A stretch of 63,826 nucleotides of DNA, filler included, from Syncephalis fuscata S228 (lineage: Eukaryota; Fungi; Zoopagomycota): NCBI GenBank assembly GCA_025786725.1. It is 4 parts of 4 records of this genome, joined end to end, with 100 filler letters (N's around TTAATTAATTAA, not from the genome) between each part and the next. Parts side by side here need not be neighbours in the genome. Positions count along the whole stretch, not along the records: positions 1 to 21,029 come from JAHLTZ010000156.1; positions 21,130 to 44,565 come from JAHLTZ010000136.1; 2 more parts are not named here. The stretch is one strand, 5' to 3'. How positions within the stretch are numbered: position 1 is the stretch's first letter; every line of letters starts with the position of its first letter. Positions 9,236-23,590 of the stretch are shown in pieces. The notes under the pieces are model-generated. The model was not told where the DNA came from. It saw only the letters and a program-made list of their open reading frames with translations, and made no database searches. Made by a program: the position numbers and the translations under genes.

Positions 9236-10998
9236 ATGCCTTTAAACGTTTATAGTAAACGTTTGTGGCAAAATCGTGATGCTTTGCTGTATTTGTGTCG
9301 GTTTATGGAAGGACAAGAGCTGATACTCTTTGCTAGTAGCTGCCAAATTATTTATTGAACAATAGTTGATCGTCCTGTTTATTAGGAACGACAATATAGA
9401 CAAACATTTTGCTTAGGCAATCAACGTGAACAAGAATGGCTTACATGGTATAAGTGGTACATCAGTACTACAACAAAATCAAAAAAATCTACACCTAGGT
9501 AAATCAAACAAAACAAGAACATTTATCATCTACTATTGCAATCATTGATAATAGCGACAATGAATTTATACTATTTGCCAATGATTTATCACCAAACCTT
9601 AATTTTAATAGTACTCAATGGTTTTATGCTTATTATCAGCGTCGACAGACTAATCTTGGCTTTATGTCGGGTCAATTTAAAAAAAACAAATGTGCCGACT
9701 GCCAGTTAATGACAACGCTCAGTTAAGGCTAATTGACGTGAATCCGTGGTATGCTTTAGTATGGAACAAACGAAATTCAAAATTTTGATCAATTCATTAA
9801 AAATGAAAACGAAACTTTTGATATTGTAGATGACTATCCTATTTTTTCTTGAAGCGGTAAAGCTTCAAGTGAGCAGGAAAATCATAATAAGAAAGTTATT
9901 GTAGTTTGGGCTAATGCTGGCTATTCATCTTCTTGTTTTATTTTTCTCGAATGCAAAAAGAAAGGCGAGCAAGAGCCTGTAAAGCCTAGATTAGTTGCTA
10001 TTCATAATCATTTTATGCTTTTACGAACTATATTTAGTCAAAAGCCATACTGGAAATACGATTTATTTGATTTGGAGCAGCATCGATGGATAGAAGGCCT
10101 AAAATTACACCAGTATAATTCGTGCTCTAATATCCAGCTTGCTTCTTTTAGCCAGTGTCAATTGGTGGCATGAACAATAATACGAAACTTTGTAAAAGAT
10201 GTCAATAATTCTACTGCTACTGCTACTCAAGATTCGCAAGATTTTGATAGTGGCAATCAATTAAAGCAAATACAATGGGAGCTATTTGATGTTAAAAGAA
10301 ATTAATTACAATGCAAAAATATATTATCTAACCAGGTCAGCATTCCATATCACGCAGGCACTATCATCAAATCCGATATGTACACAAGCAAAGTGTGCCT
10401 AGTCACTGTATTTGATGCAGATGATTTGTCAAATTACTGCTACTATGAAGAATTTAGCGCCTCATTGTTTCTATTTGCATGGAGTAATTTTTCATCAAAA
10501 AATTCATTAAAATTGCTATTTGACGCTAGTGATTCTGTTCAATCGCTTCCAATCAGTAGATCTGATCAAGGGCGTATATTATGGAGCCGAAATATACGTA
10601 GTGATGTTATTACAAAAATATACAGTGAAAAGCTAACTGTTGTTCAAAACATTGGAATATTTGACGTGCTCGATGCACGAAATGAAAGTTTATTATGTTC
10701 AATTGCTTTTCCATTTTACAAAAGATTTATACCTTTTATTGGACCTTTATGCTCAATGATTGATGGAGAAAAAGGACAGAGCTGGTTTGTTGATATGCGT
10801 ACTGGCTGTACCTACAATTCGCCAGTTTGTCTTACTACCCACCAAACTGGAGGTTATAATAAAACTCAATCTTTAGGCGTTGTCCGAACAACACATTTAC
10901 CACCACCAGGTCAATATATGAAAGGTAAACTGTCCAGTTATCTGGTATCAAGTCCCTTTATTGGTCGGATTGACGCGAGCAGCAATGGTATTTATTAA
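9236..10998 (+). pseudogene. Disrupted intronless gene with an F-box-like N-terminus
   Basis: MPLNVYSKRLWQNRDALLYLCRFMEGQELILFASSCQIIY*TIVDRPVY*ERQY... has in-frame stops at 9356 and 9383 and further breaks. ORF 10378-10998 appears to be the surviving C-terminal part. Confidence 0.6.
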
Positions 10999-11152
10999 GC
11001 ATATATGTTTTAAATAAAGGTTTTAGTTGAAAACTTTTGAAATAAATAGCTTAAATACTAACTACTTGAATGCTTAGTTTTTTGTAATAAATTATAAGCA
11101 TACATAAAGCGTAAAATGTGATTTAAAAAAATCAGCTATTAAACATTAGAAA

Positions 11153-11830
11153 CTACTGTACTTTGACACCCACGTTTTTATTTACTCATTTCACCCCTTA
11201 ACACTTTTAAATACAACTAAACACCAATCAATTACTATACCATGTACAATATTACATCCAACACTAATCAATTCATATGTAATTATCAATACAATAATGT
11301 AATTAAATATGCACATTACGGTATTAGTTGAAGTTAAAATAACATTTGATAAAAGATTTTTACACCAAATTACTAAATATCTTTGTTGAAATGGTCCACA
11401 AGTATAAAAAGAATAAAATAATTGCGATTATTAAATATAATTATTATAATATGCAAGTGTGGTTCAAGTAAACAGAAACAAAATAGAAAAGAAATAGACT
11501 ATATAACAGTTTGATGCGCAGTATGACAAACAAGCAACAGAAGTGATGAAGAACAACATGGAATCGCGATTATATGGCTTCTATTGATATTCTATCAATC
11601 TTTCTACACATTGCCAATAATAATAATCGGTCTCAAATATTTTAAAAAAATTAAACAGTATGTCACATTATTTATTCAAGTGTTTAAAATATCATCTACT
11701 GATACAACGTTTCGCTACAATCAATTCTATTTTATGGAAATGATAGTGTTATTACATTTATTAATGTTTATTTTAAATGATGATTTAAACACAAATTAAT
11801 TCAATCAACTCGTCAACTAATTAAATCGTT
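11153..11830 (+). repeat. Dispersed repeat copy
   Basis: 11241-11300 matches about 16815-16875 (catgta.aatattacatccaaca.taat.aatt.atatgtaattatcaatacaataat), and 11570-11800 matches about 17150-17390. It begins with CTACTGTACTTTGAC, the reverse complement of 6310-6324. Confidence 0.8.
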
Positions 11831-12339
11831 ACTAGTGATTGCGTAAAATGAATTGCTGCTTTGGAAAGGGGGTGTTAAAGTAAATGTTGACCAAAGGGTC
11901 ATTACTATTGTAATAATATCATTGACTAGTCAAACTATTCACTGTTTCCCTTTATCATAGTTGCTTATGCGCAATAATTATTTAATAATGATAATCAGAG
12001 TGGTCAGCTCATTACTAATGACTCAAAGTGATTTCAAACTAAGCATGAGAACTAGATTCACCGAAATCCCATTCGGAGTAAAAATGATTGGAAAGCAGCT
12101 TTGTCAAAAAAAGCCGTCCTACACATCTTTCGTCTCCTTTTCAACTTTACTCCTCATTCAACGTTTTGACAAACACAACGTAGCTTCGTTGTTCTGGGTC
12201 TGGTCGTGGCCGTTCTTTTTCCTGTTTCCTATTGTTGCCCAATTACTGCGCACTAGTCATAAGCGCTATCTATCCACATACTTTATTGTGGCAACTAAAG
12301 CTACTGCACTTCTTACACTTGTTTCTACGTCTTTTCACT

Positions 12340-13371
<1,032 letters not shown>

Positions 13372-13433
13372 TTGCTTTCAATAAATATGTGATTAATAAT
13401 AAAAATTTATATCTATTAGTGCGTTTTATCCGT

Positions 13434-14478
13434 CTATTGACGTTTAAATTGTAAAGGAATAGCCAATTTACGAAAAGTGCCATGTCGAAGTGCTATATAA
13501 TTAAATAAATCACCATTTATCGTTAATTACTGTTTTATGCATTAATATCACATTATTATCTACGTACCATCTCCTCGTGCAACTCGTTTGCCATGAAGGA
13601 CACGCTTCTTGAACTTGACAGCCGAACTATCGATGGGTTTTGACAGTTTGGGTGTTTGTTTTAGTACAGTTACTTGGATGCCTCTATAGTTGATATTATG
13701 TTAGTGATTATTATATACATTCATAATAATTAGCATCCTACGCTTTACTAATTAAAATGCCATCATCTCTAGCTCTCTTTTGCCGTCCTATATCACCCTG
13801 TGATCGTCGTGTGCCACGTGCCCAGTCCATTTGATGATTCGCTGATTGCGATATACCTCCAGGAAGCGCAAGACTATAACCGTCCATTTCTTCGTCTTCG
13901 TCTTCCGAGTTAAACTGCCTATGCGCACCATGCTGTTTTTGCGCATCACTTTGCAAAGCCTGTTGTTGTCTATGTTGAATTAGTAAGTTAGCATTACATT
14001 GTTATAGTTATTAAATCACTAATAACTTACTGTTCTTTTTCTTCATCTAATTGTGCAATATTTTCAAGTAAATCAGCAGGAAGTGCCCGTTGATTTACTG
14101 TCACTTTCTGCACGCGTTCATCGCGCTCTTTACGCTGTGATTTTAGACGAGTATCGACATCACGGCGTTTTTTACGTAATTCAGCTGCTTTTCTATTTTA
14201 AAATTAATCATACAAGATATGCGTTAGCTATATGATGTGTCTACAATCGTTATAACATACTCGTCAATAGCAGTTTGTGCTTGACGGGCTGCTGTCTTCA
14301 CTTGCTGTCTACTTGTCGCAAGTGACACGGCTTCAGGCGCCTCGTCGTCGGAATCGTCTGTTAGAGACGCAGATACCACCTCTTTCGACTTCTTCTCAGT
14401 TGAAGATACAGCCCAGTTTTCGGCTTTTGACTTTTTATTCATACTCGCTCGAGTGCGCATTGGACTAATCGTCGACAT
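13434..14478 (-). CDS. Charged nucleolar-type protein, possibly U3-associated Bud21/Utp16-like (multi-exon)
   Basis: MSTISPMRTR... with a DDSDDEAPEAVSL motif, acidic and basic tracts, and GT-AG introns. Last exon ends ...LQFKRQ*. Confidence 0.5.
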
Positions 14479-14624
14479 TTTGTAATAGAAAAAAGACTGA
14501 AAAAGAAAAAACGACAATTAATTTAATTAAAAAACTATTTACACTTATAGCCACTTGGCTTGCGTACACATCACATACCATTCTACGATCTTTTGTACTT
14601 ACTACTAGCACCATACAACATACA

Positions 14625-16541
14625 ATGTCTAATCCCAGCCTCGAGAAAGACGATCCTTCTTCCGATCAACCTACAGATGTCATGAATATGGATGAGGATG
14701 CCGTAGGCGATGATAGTAAAGGAGATGCTGAAGTTGATGAATCTATAATTTTGCCTGCAGCCACAGACACGTCTATAGATCATACCATGCTGACCGAAGA
14801 TCCGCCAGGTGGCCTATCATCGCCAGAAAGAGCGTACACACCAAATTCATCACGAGCAATTGACGATGCCATCGATCCGGCAACACCAGCCGAAGTGTTT
14901 ACGCCTCCGGCACACGCACTTATCTCTACAGCCACTTCCTTATCTTCCTCCGTGGCAGTCACTGCTTCTTTGATGATGCTCGACAGTGCCAATGGTAGTT
15001 TACCAAGCACACCGGGCGCTATGGAAGCTGTAACGATTGAGGATATTGTCGTTGGATGCAAGGCATTTGTTCATCTATCTAGCGAACAGAAAGCCGCCGG
15101 TGAAATGGTAGATCGTAAAGCGGAAATTCTATCAATTCGTCCTTCAATGTCCAAGCCAGGTAGCGGTGCTATGGACTACTACGTTCATTATATTAATTTT
15201 AATAAACGTCTTGACGAATGGATCACCGACGAACGATTGGATCTTACGCAAAGAGTTGAATTTCCACGAAGTCGCCGTGGTAAAATTGAAGGAGCCACTG
15301 GTGGCAAGATGGCCAATGGCAAAGAGACAACGGAAAAAGCTAAGCGTGGAAAGAAAGCTACTGGCCGATCTCGCACTGCCACGAAAAGCAGAATAGGAAA
15401 GCGTACGGCAAAGAATAGCAAGGATATTGATGCTGGTACGCCAACACCCATGTCTCGTATTCGGTCGATGGATACATTGCCAGACACACCCACACCCGGC
15501 GCCCGTTGGAAAGCATCTAAAGACACCGATACGATCATGAACGAGGCAGAAGAGGACGATGCAGCATTTACTGAGGCGGGTGCCAAGGAGATGGCGAACG
15601 GTGATGAGGAGCCTGAAATATTTTCAAAGGAAACAGAGCTAGAACGACTTCGACACGGCGGGTCAATGACACAGTCTATCACGGAAATTGCCCGTGTACG
15701 CAACATCAATCGGATTCGTATGGGCCGGCATGAAGTCGATACGTGGTATTTTTCACCATACCCACAAGAGCTTACATCACAGGATACTGTTCATTTGTGC
15801 GAATTTTGTTTATCACCATTTGACAGCGAGTTCCAGCTAGTGCGCCATAGTAAACGGTGTAAACTGCAACATCCACCAGGCAATGAAATCTATCGTCATG
15901 AAGATATTAGCTTTTTTGAAATTGATGGCCGACGTCAACGTACTTATTGTCGCAATCTTTGTTTGTTAAGCAAGCTATTTCTTGATCACAAAACACTCTA
16001 CTATGATGTAGATCCATTTTTGTTTTATGTTATGTGCCTAACAGATGCCCATGGTGCTCATATTATTGGCTACTTTAGCAAAGAAAAAGATTCAGCCGAA
16101 AATTACAACCTGGCGTGTATTCTTACTCTACCTCAATATCAACGGAAAGGCTATGGACGTGTACTTATTGCCTTTTCCTATGAGCTAAGCAAAGTGGAAG
16201 GAAAACTTGGCAGTCCAGAAAAGCCGTTATCAGATCTTGGCCTACTTTCCTATCGTGCTTACTGGACTGAGGCTATTGTAGAACGTTTAATTCGGTTTCG
16301 AGGCGATGTCACAGTAGAGGAAATAGCCAATTCAACGGCCATTACACCACAAGACGTAATGCATACGCTACAAAGCATTGACGCGCTCAAGTATTATAAG
16401 GGCCAGCACATTATCTGTCTAAGTAATAAGGTTGTGGACGCGTATCGTCGAGCCGAGCAAAAGAAGCGGCGATGTATTCATCCGGAATTACTCGATTGGA
16501 AACCACCTATTTTTACTCCGGCCCAGTTACGTTTTGTCTAA
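14625..16541 (+). CDS. ESA1: MYST histone acetyltransferase Esa1/Tip60
   Basis: Tudor-knot YYVHYINFNKRLDEW, TWYFSPYP, HPPGNEIYR, FLDHKTLYYDV, YNLACILTLPQYQRKGYG, GSPEKPLSDLG. Confidence 0.97.
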   Translation: MSNPSLEKDDPSSDQPTDVMNMDEDAVGDDSKGDAEVDESIILPAATDTSIDHTMLTEDPPGGLSSPERAYTPNSSRAIDDAIDPATPAEVFTPPAHALISTATSLSSSVAVTASLMMLDSANGSLPSTPGAMEAVTIEDIVVGCKAFVHLSSEQKAAGEMVDRKAEILSIRPSMSKPGSGAMDYYVHYINFNKRLDEWITDERLDLTQRVEFPRSRRGKIEGATGGKMANGKETTEKAKRGKKATGRSRTATKSRIGKRTAKNSKDIDAGTPTPMSRIRSMDTLPDTPTPGARWKASKDTDTIMNEAEEDDAAFTEAGAKEMANGDEEPEIFSKETELERLRHGGSMTQSITEIARVRNINRIRMGRHEVDTWYFSPYPQELTSQDTVHLCEFCLSPFDSEFQLVRHSKRCKLQHPPGNEIYRHEDISFFEIDGRRQRTYCRNLCLLSKLFLDHKTLYYDVDPFLFYVMCLTDAHGAHIIGYFSKEKDSAENYNLACILTLPQYQRKGYGRVLIAFSYELSKVEGKLGSPEKPLSDLGLLSYRAYWTEAIVERLIRFRGDVTVEEIANSTAITPQDVMHTLQSIDALKYYKGQHIICLSNKVVDAYRRAEQKKRRCIHPELLDWKPPIFTPAQLRFV

Positions 16542-16809
16542 GACATTTTACTTTTACTTTGTAACTATAAAAATCATGATATTAATTAAATAAAAGTAAA
16601 CTACCATTAGTTGGTTAATCATACTATTATTAATTATATTACACAATTATAAATAATTATTATTAACTTTAATAGATAAATGATAAACAATTACTACATG
16701 GTTAATAATTTATTTAAGCTAAAGAAGTTATTTTGCTTTTATATCTTTTATTTGCTCATTTTATCATTTTCTTGATACTTTTAAATATAATTAAGCACTT
16801 ATTCATCAT

Positions 16810-17420
16810 TATTCCATGTATAATATTACATCCAACATTAATTAATTTATATGTAATTATCAATACAATAATTTAATCAATTAATTATCTTTATTATTGC
16901 TTTAATATATATATTGTCATTATGATATTAGTTGTTCAAAATGCCATTTATTTAGTCAGATTGGCTATAGGAAAAGTGGCTGTTTAATAAACGACATTTA
17001 TAATAATTATATTAATCTTAATCTTACAGCACAAATATGCTTAAAATACAATAGTAGAATATTAGAAAATAGAAAAAATCATTCAGATGCAATAATCCAC
17101 ACTGTACATAGATGCAACAACACATGCAGAATGATATAAAATTGCCATCATACGGCTTCTATTAATATTCAATTAATCTTTCTACACATGGCCAACAATA
17201 ATAATAATCGGCCTTAAATGTTTAAAAGAAACCATATATTATGTTACATTGTTTATTTAAATGTATAATATTATTACTAATACAATGTTCTGTTATATTT
17301 AATTAATTCTATTTTATGAAAATGATAAGGAATACGAATATTATGTAAATATTTATTGTAAATAATAATTTAAATACAAATCAATCTAACTAAATTATTA
17401 CAATTAATTGCGTAAAATAA
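16810..17420 (+). repeat. Dispersed repeat copy
   Basis: Homologous to about 11240-11830 in the same orientation and to 5160-5432 inverted. Confidence 0.8.
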
Positions 17421-17545
17421 TTTATTGCACTGAAGTAGAAAACGCAAAGTAAATGTTAACATCAAGCTAAATAATTATCGATTAATTACAGCAAAGATAT
17501 ATATTTATTGCAATTATTAACAGTTGTACGAATTGATGCTATTTC

Positions 17546-19294
17546 TTAAACGCCTATTAATATACCGCCAAAATGTACAACGGTATAGCTGATAGCAGAA
17601 AATGCTATAGAGAATAAAAGTGAAGCGGTATTGGTGGATGCAGAGCTAGCCTTTTTTGAAGGTCCACTTGGAGGTCTATTTGGATCGACTTGTGCACTGC
17701 GTAAGACATTCTGGCAAGAAGCTTCGATTTTTTTAGGTGTAGCAAGTTTTGCGGTACCTGCAAAACTGCAAGAATTACCATCTTTCTTGCTCTTTCCATA
17801 GGCGGCGTTGTAGGCCCAGGAAAGTCGTTCAACAGCCGAGCAGCCGCTATACTTGCCGTATTGGCCAGACTTGGTATTATGGCTAATATCGCTACAGTCA
17901 ATCTGGCCACAAATTGTTGCTAATGATTTTCCTGCAGTCATATTAATTTGTTCTGGAGAAGAGCCTAGAGCATGTTCTTCAACGTGGCATGTAAGTGTAT
18001 CAATCATACATTTGCATGCTTCTTCAGATGGTGTCGATGGTAGTTCGCCGCTAGAATGCCAACTGGCCGTTGTTGCTGGACACTGCGATGCTTCACGCCT
18101 ATCCTTTAGTGCGTTCATTTTTATTCCCTATAACAATTAAACATTAGCAATGGTTTAAAACATTGGCTTTTTGTAAAATAAATGAAGCGTAACTTACCAC
18201 TGGCCTTACAGCGGCATAAGCCGATTTCAAATTGTGAAAATCTTGCATCTTGGCCACCTGTTTTTCATTGACAATTTGAACTAAACCATAATTGTTTTCC
18301 TCGTTGCTAAATTCGTAGGCAATGCCGCCGGAAAGAACATCCGACATTTGCGGACCAAATATGGCTTCCACCTTGGCAATGTTAGTCAATATGAGATATA
18401 ATAAATGATGCCAAACTTACTTCACCGAACGTTCGAGGCATCGACAAATTGCATCCAAACTCTGTAAGGAAGATGGGAATGCTATATTGTTGAAACTCTT
18501 CGTGACGATCTTTATAACCAGATGTTTCAAAGGTCGCTTTGGTGCCGCACCATTCGTATAGGTTGACGCCGTAGAAATCGGCCCGTTCTCCTGGTGCACC
18601 GCAGTTAAAGTAGTTTAGTAGTTCCATCCGAATTGTCGGATCGTCGTTTGAAGCATAGCCGACGGGCAATGTATGTCCACCCGGACTTTTTTGATAAATG
18701 TAATTTTTAATATCACGAAGTGTAGCTTTTACAAATGCCGATGCACTTGTTGTATTAACTTCATTGCTGACTTCATTGCCAGCAATAAAACCAAGCATGT
18801 TAATATATTTTAAAAACGCGTCGGCAGTTTTCTTGTAATGCTGTAACAGTGTATAATCATAGGTTGGTTCAGCTCGGTTGATACTTTGTTTCGGAGTCGG
18901 GAGATCTAGTAACAAATAGATACCGGCATCAGCTAACATTTTCATGCAAGCGTCATGATTAGCTTCGTTATCGACCTATTAGTCGGTTATTAGCACTGCT
19001 ATTTGTATTATGGACTTTAATATTTACCTGATAGACTCGAATAGTATTAATGTTTAGTTCTTTAAGAGCAGGAACATCTCGCCGGCAGCCCGCCTCGTTT
19101 GCCAGTGGATCGCTAATTTGAGCGTTTCCACGAGGCTGGTAGGCTACACCTTTGACAAAAAATTCATCCTTTGTCACATCGTCAAACATTCTATGCCCCT
19201 TGATGACAATTGGATTAAGTGCATTGATGCCATCTATTGCAGTGACCAGCAAGAGTCCAAGCAACAGCAGCAATAGTGTCAATGGTTGGCGCAT
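17546..19294 (-). CDS. GH72 beta-1,3-glucanosyltransferase (Gas/Gel family) with X8 domain and GPI-type tail
   Basis: Signal peptide MRQPLTLLLLLLG, then FFVKGVAYQ, NTIRVY, AGNEV, NLYEWCG, TEFGCN, SGGIAYEF, a Cys-rich X8 region and a hydrophobic C-terminus. Confidence 0.95.
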
Positions 19295-21029
19295 TGCCTG
19301 ACGAAGACCAAAAGGAGTGTCGCGGTATTTTGAATTTAATGAATACATTTTTTGGATTAGACTTCAATCGACATTGAACCCTTGGATAGCGTGCCTGGTA
19401 AAAATTATAATAACAGAAATTGAATTAACAAGTACGGAGAGAAGCAAATGCTTGTGCTTGGTTAAAGTAACAATAATGGCGCTTTAGTTGTTGGATAGAC
19501 GCATAACCACAACAAAAAATCATCTCCTTAAATATCAGCACATCCAGCATAAGAGAGACGCTGAGTGCGATTTTTGTTTCGCGCAAGTGGATCAACTCAG
19601 CGACACGGCTGTGTTTTACTGAGAGACAAATGCTTAAGTAGTTTGTAGATACGTAGTTTATTTAGAACCATTTGTCGACCTTAGTCAGTAATGGTTATGT
19701 GTTTGCAATGCTTTACAAAATAAACACAGTTATTGTATATTGCAGTATCTTTGTTTATTTTCAAATTTGCAATTATTCCTACTGCACTTTAGCAACCCGA
19801 TCTTCAAGAAATAAACAATTTTAAATCATATTGGAAGCAATAAATATTTAATTAAGTCCGTTATACTATCAAGATAAAAATAAATTGATATAATATGTTT
19901 TTAATTTCGTATCAATTAAACACACTACGTTTAGAATCCGTGAAATTTATTATTTGTCTAACAAAATTATCCTTTTCTAAAAAAATACAACAAATTACAT
20001 ACCACTATAAACTACGTCATAGTAAATAATAGTGGTAAGTTGTTATAACACGCCATGTAAATAAATGGAACTTGAATGACATGATTACTTTTGAATATAT
20101 TGTATTGAGCGTCGTTACCAACTTGCACTTAATAATAAACATTGTTACCAAGCAAGTCTGGCTTATCATATCGCTATTTTACGAATTGGATATTAACCAA
20201 GTTATTTAGATCGTTATCGCAATAATTCGACTAAAATACATTTTATAAAAACAGTTGCTATTATCATCACAAATAAATTATAATTTGACACAATTTAATG
20301 ATCTTTGCATAGCAATTAATTCAATACTTGCTAGTTCAATAGGTATAATATATATATATATACTTTGCTACATTTACCACTAATCTTTGTACAGTAACAC
20401 CATTAGCCGTATTGACCACTTGTATAAAACTGCCTCCTTTTCTTTAACCTTGCCCCGGCAACCATACCAGCCACTCCTTGCATTTTAAACGGATTTGTTA
20501 TTTTTTCCTTCCTTTAGACAAAAAATCGAGGCGACGTGTTTACACGTTGTGAAGGTATCACCCATCAACCAACACTATTGTTGCAACATTGCGTTTTTGC
20601 ATGGGCTTTAAGGTTTGCATAATTTGAATCATCCGTATTTTCTGCAACATCTCGCGGTCTGTAAATTTACTACTGCTTGGTGGATCACCTTTTTTTCGTA
20701 CTTTCGCTTAAACTTATCATTTCATTATTGCTGTTCGTTCATGTAAGTGTACACATTCTATTTAAAAGTCTTCTACTCCCATACTAATCGGAGGATAAAT
20801 GATAGCCCCACTCATAGTCAATCGCGCACTTCTTATCTCAAAGGTAACTACCATTTTAAGTAATTGTGGTCAACTCCGTTCATCCACATTCCCACTATCT
20901 TAATAGCTATTATTGTCTCATTATCGGCATTGATAGCGCTTTTCACGCTCGTTTAACATTTCCTTATACTGATATTGGCGCACTTTTAATTGCCAAAAAT
21001 AGTGGCCAATACACAAGCAATTTCGCTTT

Positions 21030-21129
21030 NNNNNNNNNNNNNNNNNNNNNNNNNNNNNNNNNNNNNNNNNNNNTTAATTAATTAANNNNNNNNNNNNNNN
21101 NNNNNNNNNNNNNNNNNNNNNNNNNNNNN
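21030..21129. other. Assembly spacer (Ns with TTAATTAATTAA)
   Basis: 100-nt N run with an all-frame stop linker. Confidence 0.98.
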
Positions 21130-21167
21130 TATTCATTCCTTCTACTTATTAATAACAAATTGCTTAC

Positions 21168-22580
21168 AATATCATTCTTGGCATCCAATGAGAGTTTAGT
21201 CAACATGGTCCAGATGATGGTAATGAATTCTTGAAGCATCTTGAATTCTTCGGCATATCGTTTGGCATATAGATCAACAATTTCACAAATGCTTGCCCGT
21301 AGTTTCTCCAATGGACCTGCTTCATCAACATCCTAAATATTAAATATCCATTTGTTAATGTACATAATTGACTATGTCTAATCTTTAGTAATTTAATACA
21401 ATTGGTACATACTTGAGTCTCTACAATTGGATTGGCATACAACAGATATTTACGGAAGATGGTCATAAATTCCGTCATGTGATCTTCAAAGAACTCGGGT
21501 AAATCTTGTGCATTTAAATTATAAAACACTTTGGCTGACAAAAACATCGATTCAAGCAACGTTTGAAGTGCTACTGCATCATTTTCATTCTTATCAATCA
21601 ATTGATCGGTATTCTATTTATAAACATTAGCATTAGTATTGGTATATATACATCAATGATAAATACAAATAAATGCATGAAAATATTAATATAATCATAC
21701 TTATTCATATATTACATACCAATACTAAATCAAGGAATGGCTGACCAAATACACCAATAACATATTTGATCTCAGAAAAGATGGCATCTGATGCAAAAGC
21801 GTGTCGCCATCTAAATAATGAATGTTATGAATATTAATATACACGTTAATCATCACATCCACTTCTTACCCTTTGAATAACATATGAATTGTCTTAAGAA
21901 TACCATTATTAATGGTGTAGTCTTGAGGATTAAGCTTTGCAACTAGATTCTAATAATGTAATAATTGAATTAATATAATATTGATTAGTTAATTGTTTGT
22001 CATGATGATTTGACCAGTAATAGGCCATTTACGCGATAAACTTACTGGCACCAAATCAGACCAGTCTGCTGGAAAGTCATTGTCGGCAATTGTAGCAATA
22101 ATCTCGCCAATCTGAACCTGAATCCTTGGCACGACCTTGACTAGCACGTCAACAATATTGGCTTTGATAGCCTGGCGATCCTGTGGTGAAATAGAATCCT
22201 GTCCATCCGTCTAAGATGGTTTAAACCAATTAGTCAAGCAGTAACGCATTTAAAATAGCGCTAATAGCACTTACTACGCTCCAGTAACGCTTAACGAAAT
22301 TCTTAAGCAACAATGCAGCAGCAAAGCAAATATTAGGATCTGTGCCATCTTTGACGATCAGTGTCAAAGTAAGTAGCGGGAATCCAGCATTCTTTTCCAC
22401 AGACTTTAGAAACTGCTCAGCTTTAGACGTTATAGAAACACGTCAGTTTATTTGCGTTAAGAATGGCCAGGTTTGCGTGTTTTTGCTCGCTAGTAACTCA
22501 CCTTCTCGACGTAGCGCAGGATCCAAGGTTTGGCCGAGGTATTGCGCAAGAACTTGCAGATTTTGCTCATTAACCTCCAT
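21168..22580 (-). CDS. CSE1: Exportin-2/Cse1, 5' part only, truncated by the gap
   Basis: MEVNEQNLQVLAQYL..., LKNFVKRYW, DFPADWSDL, NLNAQDLPEFFEDHM, ICEIVDLYAKRYAEEF. Confidence 0.93.
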
Positions 22581-22862
22581 GATCTAGACGGGTAAATACG
22601 ACAAACAATCAAGTTGAAGCAATCAACAAGCGAGTAAGAAATCAAAGAACAGCCACGTACACACACACAGAGACGCACAGTAAAAGATAAAAAGCGACGT
22701 GTATCGACAATTATAAACAAAAATACAAATATCACGTGGTTTTTGAGTAATCTTATTTATTATGTTGTTTCCTCCTGAATATTACAGTATTTGAACTACG
22801 CTAGCATTTTACTATATTATAATAAGACAATTTAGATTTATTGTATAATATATAATAATTTA

Positions 22863-23590
22863 TTATGATGAGCATCTACCGCGCCGTGCTTGTTCATAAT
22901 TATAAAATGTTTGATCTAACATTCGGTCAATCATAAATATTATATTATTATTATGCCAAAAGTTGGAAATAATCTTGACACAATTTACATATAAAACCTT
23001 ATTTTTAGCATTAAAATAAAGTGGCTTGTTTGCATAGTTATTGATAATTACATGTCTATTTAAAGGCAGGGTTATAGGCGGGCCTGAAGGTAGAGTTATA
23101 GGAGTAGCTGAATGCAGAGTCTTAAAAAAGCCGTCACGAGGTGCCATATAATATTTTGCTTGCTGGCTGGTTAACTTGCCATGGAACGCACTATTTTTTA
23201 CTACAAAACCAATACTATTATGGGTATTTAGGGGGAAAAAGCCTTCGAGGGCATTCGTGAATGTGCTACTAACATCATTGAAAAATGTGCTATTAACAGT
23301 TTCGAAAAATGTGCCATTACCTTGATTCTTAGTCACTTCGAATGCTTCGCCTAATGAAAACGAATCAGCTCTCCATTTTCTCTCTAACAAATCTTTCTTT
23401 TTTAAAATTTCTTTTTCGAGTAAAGGTGAGCGATTTTTCCATGGAATTTCAGCTTCTACAGTTCGTCTTTTTAAAATATGTTGTCTTTCAATGGATGGCT
23501 CAGAGGAATATTTTTTAAACTTGGATTCAGTAGGAACAGCTGTTACTATTGATAATAAAAAAATGCAAGAAATATAACGTGAAACAGCAT
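22863..23590 (-). pseudogene. Secreted fasciclin (FAS1)-like protein, copy A, frameshifted in an A7 run (23557-23563)
   Basis: Starts MLFHVIFLAF as copy B does. Adding one T restores MLFHVIFLAFFLLSIVTAVPT... into the 22863-23390 ORF, which ends in YVNCVKII...NNIIFMIDRML. Confidence 0.65.

Noticed and set aside
20360-20700. Possible decayed coding frame on the minus strand
   Set aside because: Several stops and no motif I can recognise, so it cannot be assigned.
21030-21129. TTAATTAATTAA palindrome in N runs (also at 44566-44665 and 57413-57512)
   Set aside because: Artificial contig linker. CSE1 and URC4 stop at these points with no continuation, so truncations and cross-gap neighbourhoods are not biological evidence.
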